Assembly (NCBI GenBank): GCA_020137815.1
Contig: CM035351.1
Span: 806,001-870,000 of the forward strand
From: Hormiphora californensis
Lineage: Eukaryota; Animalia; Ctenophora
Reading direction: 5' to 3'
DNA: 64,000 nt
The notes under the pieces are model-generated. The model was not told where the DNA came from. It made no database searches and saw nothing but the letters and a program-made list of their open reading frames with translations. Below, piece by piece: positions 1 to 11,860 of the stretch. Each line of letters begins with the position of its first letter. The first letter of the stretch is position 1. The translations under genes were made by a program, and so were the position numbers.

Positions 1-232
1 TCTTTTTTGATAGTTAGGACCGCGGGAAAGGTAGTCACGTGGGGCATCACGCAATTAAAGTGTCGAATTACACAGCTGGGACCGGAGTTAGGACCGAAAG
101 TTGGGACCGGTCCTAACTCTCTAAAAACGGTCCTAACTTTGGCCGTTCGTGAAAGCCACATTGCAAATTTTGGTCCTAACTACGCTGGGACCGGTCCTAA
201 CTTCGGTCCTAATTGTTTCGTGAAAGACCCCC
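1..232. mobile_element. Probable right end of a non-autonomous DNA transposon (Harbinger-like MITE), truncated by the window edge
   Basis: Repeated GGTCCTAAC/GTTAGGACC motifs in both orientations, ending TTTCGTGAAAGACCCCC; left end not visible. Confidence 0.4.
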
Positions 233-345
233 TGATCTAAAGGCGTGCGTGGTGAGGGGGTGGGATAAGAATCAAAACAATTTTCACTGCATCCTGTGGT
301 GTTGTGAGCTGTGTGCGGTGGAATCAAGTTACATTTTTATCTACA

Positions 346-3300
346 ATGATTTTAGTTTTGTTCCTTCTGTCCCTCTCCACTGCTACTATAACACACAGGC
401 CTGTCGTTACACAACAAACTGAGTTAGATGCCGTTACACTAGATGCTGATACATTAGACCCTGCTGTTACACAGCACCCTGCCTCAACAAAAGATGCTGC
501 TGTGACGACACAAGATACTACTATTGTTAGTACACAGAAGCCTCCTTCTGCTACAAAAGACACTGTCAACATTTGCCCATGGGATGACTGTCCCCGAACT
601 GGATTTCAGAAACTCTGCAACTGTGTGAACAATGAAACTACTGCCCCTTATTAAACCAGGCACCACTACTACAGCAGCAGAGGGAAGTTGTTAAGATCGG
701 CCTGCTATTCCCAACTAAGGATTGCAGACTGTACATTTGTAGAGGGATGCTATTGATGGCAAGGCGGTGGAACTAGCTATTGAACGGGTGAATGCTAACC
801 CTGACCTGATACCAGGGTTTGAGTTACAGCTGGTAAAGCATGAGAAGTATACAGGGTGTGTACCTAAGGCTAACACACTGGGTTACGCAATGAGGATGAG
901 TGTCAATCAGAAAGTAAAGGTGAGATGTTTAGATCTACCGAAATGACCAACATTGACGATTAATCTGTTTGAGTCTCGTAGGCTTCTTCAGTTATCCAAA
1001 TCTTTACAACTCCCTACCTCTCCCCCAACTCCTCTCTCCCCTGCAGGGGACTAATTCCCTCCCTCCCTCTCCCCAGGGGACTAACTCCCTCCCTCCCTCT
1101 CTCTTCCAGGCTCTGGTAGGACCAGTACTAACTCCCTCTCTCTTCCAGGCTCTGGTAGGACCAGTACTAACTCCCTCCCTCCCTCTCTCTCTTCCAGCCC
1201 CCTTCCTCCCCCAGGCACTAACTCCCTCCCTCTCTCCTCCAGGCTCTGGTAGGACCAGTACTAACACCCTCCCTCTCTCTTCCAGGCTCTGGTAGGACCA
1301 GTATTAACCCCCTCCCTCTCTCCCCCAGGCTCTGGTAGGACCAGCACTAACTCCCTCCCTCTCTCTTCCAGGCCCTGGTAGGACCAGTACTAACTCCCTC
1401 CCTACCTCTCTCCCCCCCAGGGGACTAACACCCCCCTCCCTCTCTCTTCCAGGCTCTGGTAGGACCAGCACTAACTCCCTCCCTCCCTCTCTCTTCCAGG
1501 CTCTGGTAGGACCAGTACTAACTAACTCCCTCCCTCTCTCTTCCAGGCTCTGGTAGGACCAGTACTAACTCCCTCCCTCCCTCTCTCTTGCAGGCTCTGG
1601 TAGGACCAGTACTAACTCCCTCCCTCTTCCAGCCCCATTTCTCCCCCAGGCACTAACTCCCCCCTCCCTCTTCCAGGCTCTGGTAGGACCAGTACTAACT
1701 CCCTCCCTCTCTCTTGCAGGCTCTGGTAGGACCAGTACTAACTCCCTCCCTCTTCCAGCCCCCTTCCTCCCCCAGTGGACTAACTCCCTCCCTCCCTCTT
1801 CCAGGCTCTGGTAGGACCAGTACTAACTCCCTCCCTCTCTCTTCCAGCCCCCTTCCTCCCCCAGGCACTAACTCCCTCCCTCCCTCCCTCTTCCAGGCTC
1901 TGGTAGGACCAGTACTAACTCCCTCCCTCCCTCTCTCTTCCAGGCTCTGGTAGGACCAGTACTAACTCCCTCCCTCCCTCTCTCCCCCCAGGGGACTAAC
2001 ACCCCCCTCCCTCTCTCTCTTCCAGGCTCTGGTAGGACCAGTATGTGCAGATGGTAGCAGTGGAGCGAGTGTGGCATCCTACGCAGCAGGTGCTAACCTA
2101 CCTCTGATAACAGTAGCTGCATTTGAGAACCTAACAGATCCTACCCAATACGGGACTGTGACGTCAGTGTTTGAGTCACGTGATACACAGGCTGTATTTC
2201 ATAAGGGTGTGTTAGACTACCACGGCTGGAAGAGGGTAACTGTAGTAATGGAGGCACAGAAATCTAATAATAGTAAATGTGAGGGACCCTTCAAAGGCAT
2301 GGATAGCAAAATGGAGGAGCAGGGTTTTGAAATTGTTCTAAAAGTTGAACTCCCACCTCCCGAAGAGGCAACCCATGGATGTAGAGTCGCTGAGAGAGAT
2401 CCTGAGTGTCAGTAGGGTTGTGTCTCTATTCACCTCCCCTAACGGATCCCGGGGTCTCATGATGCAGCTACATGGGGAGTGTAACAAGATGCAGTCTTGT
2501 AACTGGGATCAGTACCGCTTTATTGTCATGAACTTCAGGATAGGTGCCGGATACACCAACCAAATCATAACACCCTGGGCGTGTGATCAGTCGAACCGTA
2601 AAGCCTTGTCTCTGCTGTACAGAGGAACAAAAACGTGATGACAAGAAGGCAAAGAGAGCGTTTTCTAATGTTCTGTTGAATCACATATGAACGACCCTGG
2701 AAGTCAGAACTAGCATGTACCATCCTGAACCCAGGGGTGATGAGGGTCTGTACTGAGCAGTTTCTCTATGGCTGTGTATGCATATGATACCATCCTGCTA
2801 GTATGCCCACGCCCTGAACAGGACCAAGGAACCCAGATGATGGTAGGATGATAGCTAATGAAATGAAGAATATGAACCTAACATGAGAAGGATGGTACCC
2901 AAACTGGCAACGTGTTCATTACCAAGGATGGAACCCGGAATTCGGTTGCTAGGGTGCACTACCTTGGTAACCAGGGAGATGAAGGGATGCTTTATTATCT
3001 AAAGTTGCTACCCAACTCTGATGGTTTCCATGACCCCCAGCCAGTACCAGGTATCAAGGGGCCGGCTCACATATCAGATCAGGTAGCATGTAACTCCTGG
3101 CTAGATAGGCAATGTGGCAAGGTCCAGTATCTGATTGTGACGGTGTGTATGACCATGGTGGTCATGATCGTGGGCTCCACAGCTGGACGGCTCTGGTGGC
3201 TCAGGAGATACGGACCAAAGCAGAGGTTCACCATTACAATGGCAGAGCTCCGGGAAATGACGGAGTCTGAGGTAGGGGGATGGGTGGCAGGGGATAGGGA

Positions 3301-5690
3301 TCGCAGTGGCAGGAAGAAAGTGTTTGCATGAGGAGGTCAGGGGGATTGATGTCACACCCGATCTGTTGTTATGGTTACGAGAGATTGGTAACATCAAACA
3401 TCACAACTTGGTTAGAGCTATTACATTGTGTGGTGGAAGCCAGACCTGGTTTTGGTTTTGGAGAGTTGTCCCCGGGGTCCCCTTTACCATCTGATCAGAT
3501 CGGAAGCAGCGTGTCCACTCTCTCTCTTTCATCAAAGCATTTTCCCGGGATATCCTATCAGCGCTATCCTATCTGCACCGCTCTGCTATTGGTTACCATG
3601 GTAACCTGACCTCACTTAACTGCGTTGTCGATAGCAACTGGAATGTAAAGGTGAAGGGGATTCTTCATCAGATCTTTGGAAGATGAGGTCTATACAATTG
3701 AAACAGATGATCATATTGTCTTGAGACCTTTCAATCTGACAACAGATCTTCTCTTGGAAGTCCCCCGAGTATTGAGGAACCAGTTCGCTGGTAAGTACAG
3801 CGGATCGACAGTCTGACGATGTCTATAGTTTTGGTGTGATACTGGCGGAACTAGTCACCTCTGCCCCTCCCTTTGGTGTGGGTATAGAGAGTAGGTGATG
3901 AGGAGATCAGAGAGCAGATAGAGAAAATAAAGGAGGGAGCAACACCACTGTTATACCACCAACCAGCACCCACACCCTCTGAAGCATCACTAGAGACAGA
4001 AGGATGAGGACTCTAAGGAGTGAGTTGAGTGGTGAGGGTGATGTTGAGGAGGCACTAGCATGTGTATGATATCCCCGACTCATGACTTGTGGTAGTAGAT
4101 ACAGTGGTGCATGGGTTTGAGAATCTGTACGATCTGGAGAAGATATGTCATGATTGTACAGGGGTGGGGAGGAGAGGATAGGAGGACGGTGAAGGAGCTG
4201 CTTGGAGGAGCTGGGTTCTGAAGTGTGATGGGTCTCTAGTGGATCAGTGGCTGAATACTCTGGAGAAGAGGAGTAGGGAGTTGAAGGAGTTGTTCGATGA
4301 GAGAAACAAGGACCTGATCAGGGAGAGGGAGAGGACCAAGAAGCTACTTTACTCACTTTTACCTCAGGTTAGAATTATACACACATGTCACACCCACGTC
4401 ACACAGACAATCAGACATACACATGGCACACGTCACACACTGAGACAGCTACTACTATTCTCTTCTACCCCAGGTCCTACTAATCATGCTAATGTACTCT
4501 TTTCTCCCCCACCACGTCATTACTACTATACTCCCTTCTATCCGCCACCAGGTCATTACAGAACAGAAGATGGCGGGTATCCCAGTTCCACCCCAGGTCC
4601 TACTACTACTAATGCTCCCTTCTCCCCCCACTGCAGGTTATTACGGAACAGAAGATGGCGGGTATCCCGGTTCCACCCCAGCAGTTCTCAGACTGCAGCT
4701 TCTTCTACTCTGACATAAAGGGGTTCACCAGTATTGTTAAGGATCTGACTGACGCCAGTTCAGCAGGTGGCGGACCAATGAGAGTGGTTGAGATGCTGAA
4801 CACCCTGTATACAGTAATGGACAGAGCGATAGAGATGTATAATGTGGTGAAGATAGAGACTATTGGGGATGCCTATGTAGTGGCCAGTGGGCTCCCTGTA
4901 CCTGACGTTAACAAGACAGCCCATGCCAGGAACATTGCTTCCTTTGCCCTTGAAGTGATCTCAACCACTAAAGATATATGTGTGGAGGCTCTGAATAACA
5001 GGCCCGTCCAGATGCGGATTGGGGTCCACTCGGGGAAATGTGTGGCAGGTCTGGCAGGTTCTATCATGTTCCATTATTGCATCTATGGAGATGAGCCCCG
5101 TTATGCTAACTCCCTGGAATCGCACGGGGAGCCCAGTAGGATTCACATGAGTGACGCAATGAGACGGATACTGGATGGGAACTATGCGGGTAAATTCAGT
5201 TACAGAGAGAGGAAACCGCCCATTTCAATTGAAGGGTTCAAATCCAAGAACAAGATGTCTAGGACGTGGTGGCTGAACGGAGAGGAAGGGGTGAAGAGGG
5301 ACATGCCACGAACTGAGGATGGGCTCTATGAGGAGAAGGTGTCCTTTAAACTTAGGAAGACATCCAACACCACAAACCCCACATTAAAAGGTGGGTCATT
5401 ACACAAACTACTGCACCGGGGGGGGGGGGGGGGGGGGTGTCTGTGTGTGTGTCTGTGTGTGTACAATCAGTACATTGTATGTGTGTTTGTAAAATGTATC
5501 GATGTATCTCTATTTGTATTTTCAAACATTACTTTTTACAGGACTAAAGGATGGATCTGGAAAGAGGGCTAGGACTACTTCTGAAGCGTCTAGTGAACAG
5601 AAGAAGGGATCCAAGGGACTGTACGACTCTCTATCTCGGATCGGTGCACAGAAACTTCTTGGAACACTGGGAAGGAGCAACCCTGACTAG
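346..5690 (+). CDS. Receptor (membrane) guanylyl cyclase: signal peptide, Thr-rich stalk, ANF-receptor-like ectodomain, TM, kinase-homology and cyclase domains; many frameshifts as assembled
   Basis: MILVLFLLSLSTA at 346; ALVGPVC at 2026; TM YLIVTVCMTMVVMIVG ~3130; HGNLTSLNCVVDSNWNVK ~3597; DVYSFGVILAEL ~3817; YSDIKGFT, KIETIGDAY, MRIGVHSG, HYCIYGD 4700-5120. Introns ~920-2025, ~4368-4637, 5391-5541. Confidence 0.85.
1010..2043 (+). repeat. Minisatellite built from ~15 copies of the intron-1 acceptor plus first ~18 nt of the next exon
   Basis: Unit ctccctccctctctcttccAG|gctctggtaggaccagta-ctaa; only the last copy (2026) continues into coding sequence. Confidence 0.9.
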
Positions 5691-6296
5691 AGAGGGGGGA
5701 CAATGTGACAGGACATATAGAGGCCAATTGTCTATAAAACAAGAATATACACGGACAATTGAGTGTAGATCTGATGAGTATGAGACGCGTTAAAGAATGA
5801 GGAATGAATGTATGTTTTCCAATTGCTACACGCCGATTTGCTTCTCTAACAGCTGCAGATCATAATAACTAACATACATGCGAGAGAGCTGCCTGTATGT
5901 GTTAGTGTGTACTGTGTATGTAGAATATATGCAGTGTGTACAACATGCATCATGATGTGCATTGTGCAGCATGATGTATAATGCAGGTTGATTATACGTT
6001 TTTGCGTGACAGCTCGCCAACCGACCCACAAAATATATGGGACACCCTGTATGCAGCTTTCTTCCCTTTATTTCGTGAACAGATGTTTAGTTTTACAATA
6101 TGTCCCCCAGAGATCTAAAGGTCTTTTAGATCTCTGGCAGCCACATTTTAAAGGAAGAGAGATAGCATCTAAACGTGATAAAGGCAGGCATGTATTGTTC
6201 TGAAGAATGTATTAATAGTTCAAATGTACGATTATTATAATGGCCAACTATAACTACATTTACTTATATTCTTAACTCCAAGAACTATGTATTTAC

Positions 6297-8948
6297 CTGT
6301 ACAAGTGTGTAAAGTAGAAGGGTCTTCTCCTCACTGATTGTCTCCTTACAGAAAAACAGATACACCTGCTCCATATCTACCACAAAGCTAGTCTCCCTGG
6401 TAGTATTAGTACCAGGCTCCTTATGTCCTGCACTGTCCAGTATCCCTCTATACACCCCTCCTGTGTGACTGGTCAATAACACCAGCAACAGCAGACAGTC
6501 CCGGGAATAGTAGGGGCATAAGAGGGCAGGGGAGCCCATCAGATAGGTCCACAGCGCTGATGAGGTCTGGACTTGTTCCCTCTCAGTCACAGCTCTCTCT
6601 AATAGTGTTCTAACAAGTAGCTCAGCAAGACTGGCACACCTCCCCTCTGATAGGATGGCCAGGTAGGGTGATGAGATGGTGGAGGGGTGGTAGAGATGGG
6701 CTGAACACAGGATGGTGACTATCTGTAGACACTCGTTATGTGTTTCTACATTTCCATCCCCAACTGCCTGGGTGGTAATGTATTCGAACAGGTAGAATAA
6801 CAACTCATCAGCTGATGTTTCGTATCTCGCAACTGTAGGAAGGGAAATTAGAGCGCTGGAAACTCAGTTAGTTGTTATGGTATACAATATTAAGCCAAAA
6901 ACTAATTGGAATTAGTTGGCGGGAAAGGTGGCCCACTTACACCTTTTGCTGCTACCGGGTACCACGAACTGTCATTCTCTTCAAGTCACGTCGGTATCTC
7001 AATCTCTCTCACCCTTTCTTTTACTCTATTTCACTCACCTCTTATATCCCTGATACATTTTAAAATAAAACCCGGCATCAGGCAAAGGTGTAAGTGGGCC
7101 ACCTTTCCCGCCAACTAATTCCAATTAGTTTTTGGCTTAATTTAGGTCCCTTTTTGGTTTCTAATGTCAGTATGGCATTATTTCATGATGTAAAATTGTC
7201 AAAATGATGTTTTATATGAGAAACGAGACGAATTTCTGTGAAAATCGTAATTTTGACGTCATTATGACGTCACCTGACGTAATTAGTGACGTCGTAACGA
7301 CGTAATTGCATCACAATATATTTTGAATGAATACCCTGAAGGAGCTTGTAAAGTATCATTGACCACAGTGGTCAGGAAAGGGAGTTTTTGCTCGAAAAAC
7401 GTTCATTTTACTGAATTTTTCGTCAAATTTTTGACTTCCGACGCGATTTAAGGGCTCAAAATGGTGAGCTACGAAAATTCGCAATATAGTAACTGAAAGT
7501 TCAGACGATTTGCCGGTAACGATTTTTCGTCAAATCAGAAATCAGAACACGTCTTCAGGGTGCTAGAGGCGTTTGAAAAAAGTTAGTCGATCTCGCGCAA
7601 TGACGTCACTCGTGACGTCATTGCGCGCGTCATAGGTAAGATTGAGAGTCGCCACCCAAATGGGTACATGCACGAGACAATTATCTGTCGAATGCCGCTT
7701 GGTTTAAGGTCGTACGATGTCTGGTTCGTCTCAAACTGGGACCAAACGGAAGGTAATAAAGCGTCTATACATCTATCTATCTATGTATCAACCTAGTTAT
7801 CCCCACACTGAATTTTCTGTTTTGGGGGTGGTGTTATAACTTTTGAACAAAATGAGCTAGCCGCTTGAAATTTTTACCATCGATAGATGTCTACAAGAAG
7901 CTTCTGAGTACAAAATTTCAGCTTCCTAGCTCATCCGGTTCCGGAGTTATGGCGTGTCAAAAAGTGCCAAAATGGGCTAAAAGTATGAAATAACTATATA
8001 TACGCTGTGAGCAAGCGGGCCGTTTTTTGGGGGAATTTTTTTCGGGGGGTTGGATGGGGCCACCTTTGCGCTTGCCAGCGCAGTGATTACAAAAAGAGCT
8101 GCATGAAATATGAAATAAGTTGAAAACGTGATCTAACAAAAGCTTGTCTTGTTGAAACCTGTATTATTACGGGGCACCGTGAAACAGGGTCGAGCATGGC
8201 TCACCTTGTTTAAGAACAGTAGGTGAAACTTCAGGGTCGCCCGATAAAGGTGGTACAGGAATGTTTTCAGAAGTCACAAAGAACGATGGTGATTGGTCTA
8301 ATGGGACGTGTTGTACTATGTACTTTACAAGGGTTTTCAGTATCAGGAGAGAGTTGAAAAGTGCCTCACAAGCATCCCCAGACCTGAAATAAGAAGGTTC
8401 TTTATTAGATATTTGAAAGTTAATCTTTTAAATTGGTCAGGTTGATATGCACAAATAAAACTACTGTACACAACCCACTAGGGTCGCCATATTAGCCATA
8501 CTTTTGCCCGGATTTCTCGCTGGTAATCTGTTTTATCAGGGAAGTTATGATGGAAAGGAGTGTGGCAAAACTACCACTCTTCTCGTTATTCTTAACTGTA
8601 GAAAGGTTTGTTAGTAAGTTAGACGGAGCTTAAATAATCAAATGATCGTCAATCATTACAGCACGTTTCGAACCTACCAAATGATTCACAAAGCGGACCA
8701 ACGCTCTCTTCCAACAGCCTTGCATCAGCACTGAAAAGTGACAGAAATTAAAGATACAATTCAACTGATGTGACCTGTGTGTAACATTGGTGATTGGGGT
8801 TGTACCTGTTCTCTGGAGATTGGACAGTAAATTCCAGGAGTGTTTCCCAGAATTGGTCTTTCAAGGGGATTGCTTCCTCCCCGCATAGTTTTTGCAAATA
8901 TGTATTTTTGGCCAGTGATGCAAAGTTCGAAGATGATGAGATCCCCAT
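6297..8948 (-). CDS. DYM: Dymeclin, 5' exons only; gene appears to continue beyond position 1
   Basis: MGISSSS...KNTYLQKLCGEEAIPLKDQFWETLLEF matches the dymeclin N-terminus; exon 6833-6297 with ECLQIVTILCS and TLLLYTLVQ ends at a GTAAAT donor; exons ~8948-8806, 8730-8678, 8383-8206. Confidence 0.85.
6894..7136. mobile_element. MITE with ~55 bp TIRs flanked by TTAA
   Basis: GCCAAAAACTAATTGGAATTAGTTGGCGGGAAAGGTGGCCCACTTACACCTTT at the left and its reverse complement at the right; TTAA at 6890-6893 and 7137-7140. Confidence 0.8.
7141..8160. mobile_element. Probable degraded non-autonomous DNA transposon(s) in the dymeclin intron
   Basis: Non-coding, CpG-rich, internal palindromes (GCGCAATGACGTCAC...GTGACGTCATTGCGC); termini not resolved. 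Confidence 0.35.
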
Positions 8949-9347
8949 TCCTAATTAGAGCTTCAAAACAAGTTATCTAATCCATTTTAGAGAATCTTAA
9001 GCCCTGACGATGAGAAACTCTCAATTTGGAAAAAATCGCTTTGAGTTCGTGAAACTTTTCAAGTTTAAAATTCGTGATCTTGCAAAGCTTTGAATAGCTC
9101 GGCGCGGCGTATACTTGCGGTTATTTAATATGATTTTCGCGCGTTACAATATTTTGGTTGAAATGCAATATAAAAAAGCGCTGACAAGCGTCTATAAAGT
9201 AAAACTCAAACTAAAAGGTCTCCACTTAGATCTTATGAAATTGTACATGGTCATACTTATGAATTATTGAATTATACTCATGAGAGTAATAAGTATGTAG
9301 TACTAGTAGTAGTACCCCGAGCTGCTATAGCATTGGCAATGCCAATA

Positions 9348-9550
9348 GTGTCCCGGGTCCCCCTGGCCTTTATTTTATTATATTTCTCATTTCTCAATCG
9401 AGCTCAGCTGAGTCTATAGCTCATAGGAGCAGCACTTGTTGAGTGTTAGTAGCACTCGTAGAACAAAAGCTAAGGCCTTGTTGAGTAAGGGGGAAGAGTT
9501 CCCCCTTACTCAACAACTAAGGCCAAGGGGGACCCGGGACCCGGGACACC
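9348..9550. mobile_element. Small MITE with a 39-bp hairpin insertion (9478-9516) near its right end
   Basis: TIR GTGTCCCGGGTCCCCC-TGGCCTT; inner hairpin with ~18-bp arms flanked by 8-bp direct repeat CTAAGGCC. Confidence 0.65.
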
Positions 9551-10031
9551 GTTGACATATTGAACATGATGTTCCCAGTCTGTCCGCTCTCACACTGGGC
9601 CTTCGAATGGACAGACTGCGTAGTAATGTATCATGGCAAGGACACCGCATCCACATATTCTACGTTATGTCACGTTGCATTGTTGAGTATATTACTCAAC
9701 ATGGTGCGTATTCTAAGGGAGGTCGCGCGGCGCTAGTGCTGGGCGAGGAAATTATGTGGTTTTTTGAGGGTAGAGAATATCACCACCGCTAAGTATAAAC
9801 GGTTCGAGTATTATTGGAAGTATCACTCTGAAACTTTGCAGGGATGCTATATAGACTATATACTTAGCCGGGGTATAAAATCTTTAAATTTGGACAAAAT
9901 ATGGTGACCTAGCTACCTGTTGAGTCAACAGTTAACATTAATGCAACACGTGACGTTCCATATAATGCTCAGTAATGAGTATCAAATATGCTATTTTCCC
10001 ATGGACACAACAACTTTACATAGGCCAGGTG

Positions 10032-11286
10032 GGCAGGTGAGTAGAACTTCGCTCCTAATAAAAGGCTGCAATAAAAGGCTGCAGAAAAAGGCTGCAATAA
10101 AAGGCTGCAATAAAAGGCTGCAATAAAAGGCTGCAGAAAAAGGCTGCAATAAAAGGCTGCAATAAAAGGCTGCAAGGGATCACGTATCTAACCAGACTAA
10201 AGCGGGGAATAGACCGAATCGTCCTACCCTAATAGTGTTTCGTATCACGTATCGGCTGTAGAGAGACCGAATCACCCTCCCCTAATTATAGTGATTCGTG
10301 TCACGTATCCAACTAGACCATATTGCGATAGAGACCGAGATAGAGAGCGAGTACGAGTGAGAACTGAGAGAGTGAAAAATCAGAATCACGGTATGGTATC
10401 ACGTACCATGGTATCCTCTAATGAAAAGCGGTTACCAATTGACAATGAGACCTCATCGGTCCCGATACGTGATTCTCTACCGCTATGTATTCTCCATTAG
10501 TCTTTCCGTATCGATCAACGATTCAGTAGAGGTAGTCAGTAACTACTGAGAGTGTTGGTTAATTAAATGAAAGGCGGTTACCTATAATTTCACCTAATCG
10601 GTGCCAATACGTGATTACTGATTTTCTACCGCTATTCGCCAATAGTCTTTATGTACACAATTCAGTAGAGCGGAATCACACATAATACTATGATAGGTGA
10701 ACCAAGTGGTTGGGTGGTTCACCTGTCATTGTGCTACACGCTCAATCAATGGATCTATCGTACCGGTAGGTAGCTACCTCATTAGACCAACACTCTCAGT
10801 AGTTACTGACTACCTCTACTGAATCGTGGATCGATACGGAAAGACTAATGGAGAATACATAGCGGTAGAGAATCACGTATCGGGACCGATGAGGTCTCAT
10901 TGTCAATTGGTAACCGCTTTTCATTAGAGGATACCATGGTACGTGATACCATACCGTGATTCTGATTTTTCACTCTCTCAGTTCTCACTCGTACTCGCTC
11001 TCTATCTCGGTCTCTATCGCATATGGTCTAGTTGGATACGTGACACGAATCACTATAATTAGGGGAGGGTGATTCGGTCTCTCTACAGCCGATACGTGAT
11101 ACGAAACACTATTAGGGTAGGACGATTCGGTCTATCCCCCGCTTTAGTCTGGTTGGATACGTGATCCCTTGCAGCCTTTTATTGCAGCCTTTTATTGCAG
11201 CCTTTTATTGCAGCCTTTTATTGCAACCTTTTTCTGCAGCCTTTTATTGCAGCCTTTTATTAGGAGCGAAGTTCTACTCACCTGCC
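10032..11286. mobile_element. Foldback element: ~510-530 bp inverted arms with subterminal 13-bp tandem repeats and 8-bp TSD
   Basis: Ends GGCAGGTGAGTAGAACTTCGCTCC / reverse complement; (AAAAGGCTGCAAT)n in both arms; TSD GCCAGGTG at 10024-10031 and 11287-11294; spacer ~10560-10785. Confidence 0.9.
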
Positions 11287-11860
11287 GCCAGGTGATCATA
11301 TTGGCCACCCACACCCGTGTATAAACCAACCTATCCTAGTTGGCAGCCCTATTCCCTAACCGGAACCCGTCTCGACCGCCAAAAATAAAAATCGATGAAC
11401 CCAGATTTTAACTTTGCCCCATAGTGCCGCCCATAGCGTGGTCCACGATATTTTTTGCTTTTTTTCGCGTGGACGTCGCGTCGTGGACCACGCTGTGGGC
11501 GGCACTGTACCGTACAGTGCACCGCAGGTGGCCAATACGACCTGGAGAACTATGCTGTGACACACGTCTGACTGCCTGAGTAACCGACTAAGTATAATCG
11601 CGTGGGCCGCATTATTGACACCTCACTTATACACACACATCACCTGTGTTGCTGATTATCTACACACTGTTACACCGATACTTCGACCAGATATACGTCA
11701 GTCGTGTAAAACCATGTAAACCTACCACTAGTACACTTGATTCGCCCTCCAATTGCTCGCACAGTTTTATTGCTTGATATATACCGCTCACACCAGATCC
11801 AGACCGGCTAGAACACTGTCAGACTGCAGTATTGGCCCTATTCTCGGAGGCCGTTAGATC

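Noticed and set aside
1010-2043. CRISPR-like repeat-spacer array
   Set aside because: No unique spacers or cas genes; eukaryotic intron; unit derives from the splice acceptor
650-4240. Calling the guanylyl cyclase a definite pseudogene
   Set aside because: Many disruptions, but the cyclase domain is open and assembly quality is uneven; needs raw reads or cDNA
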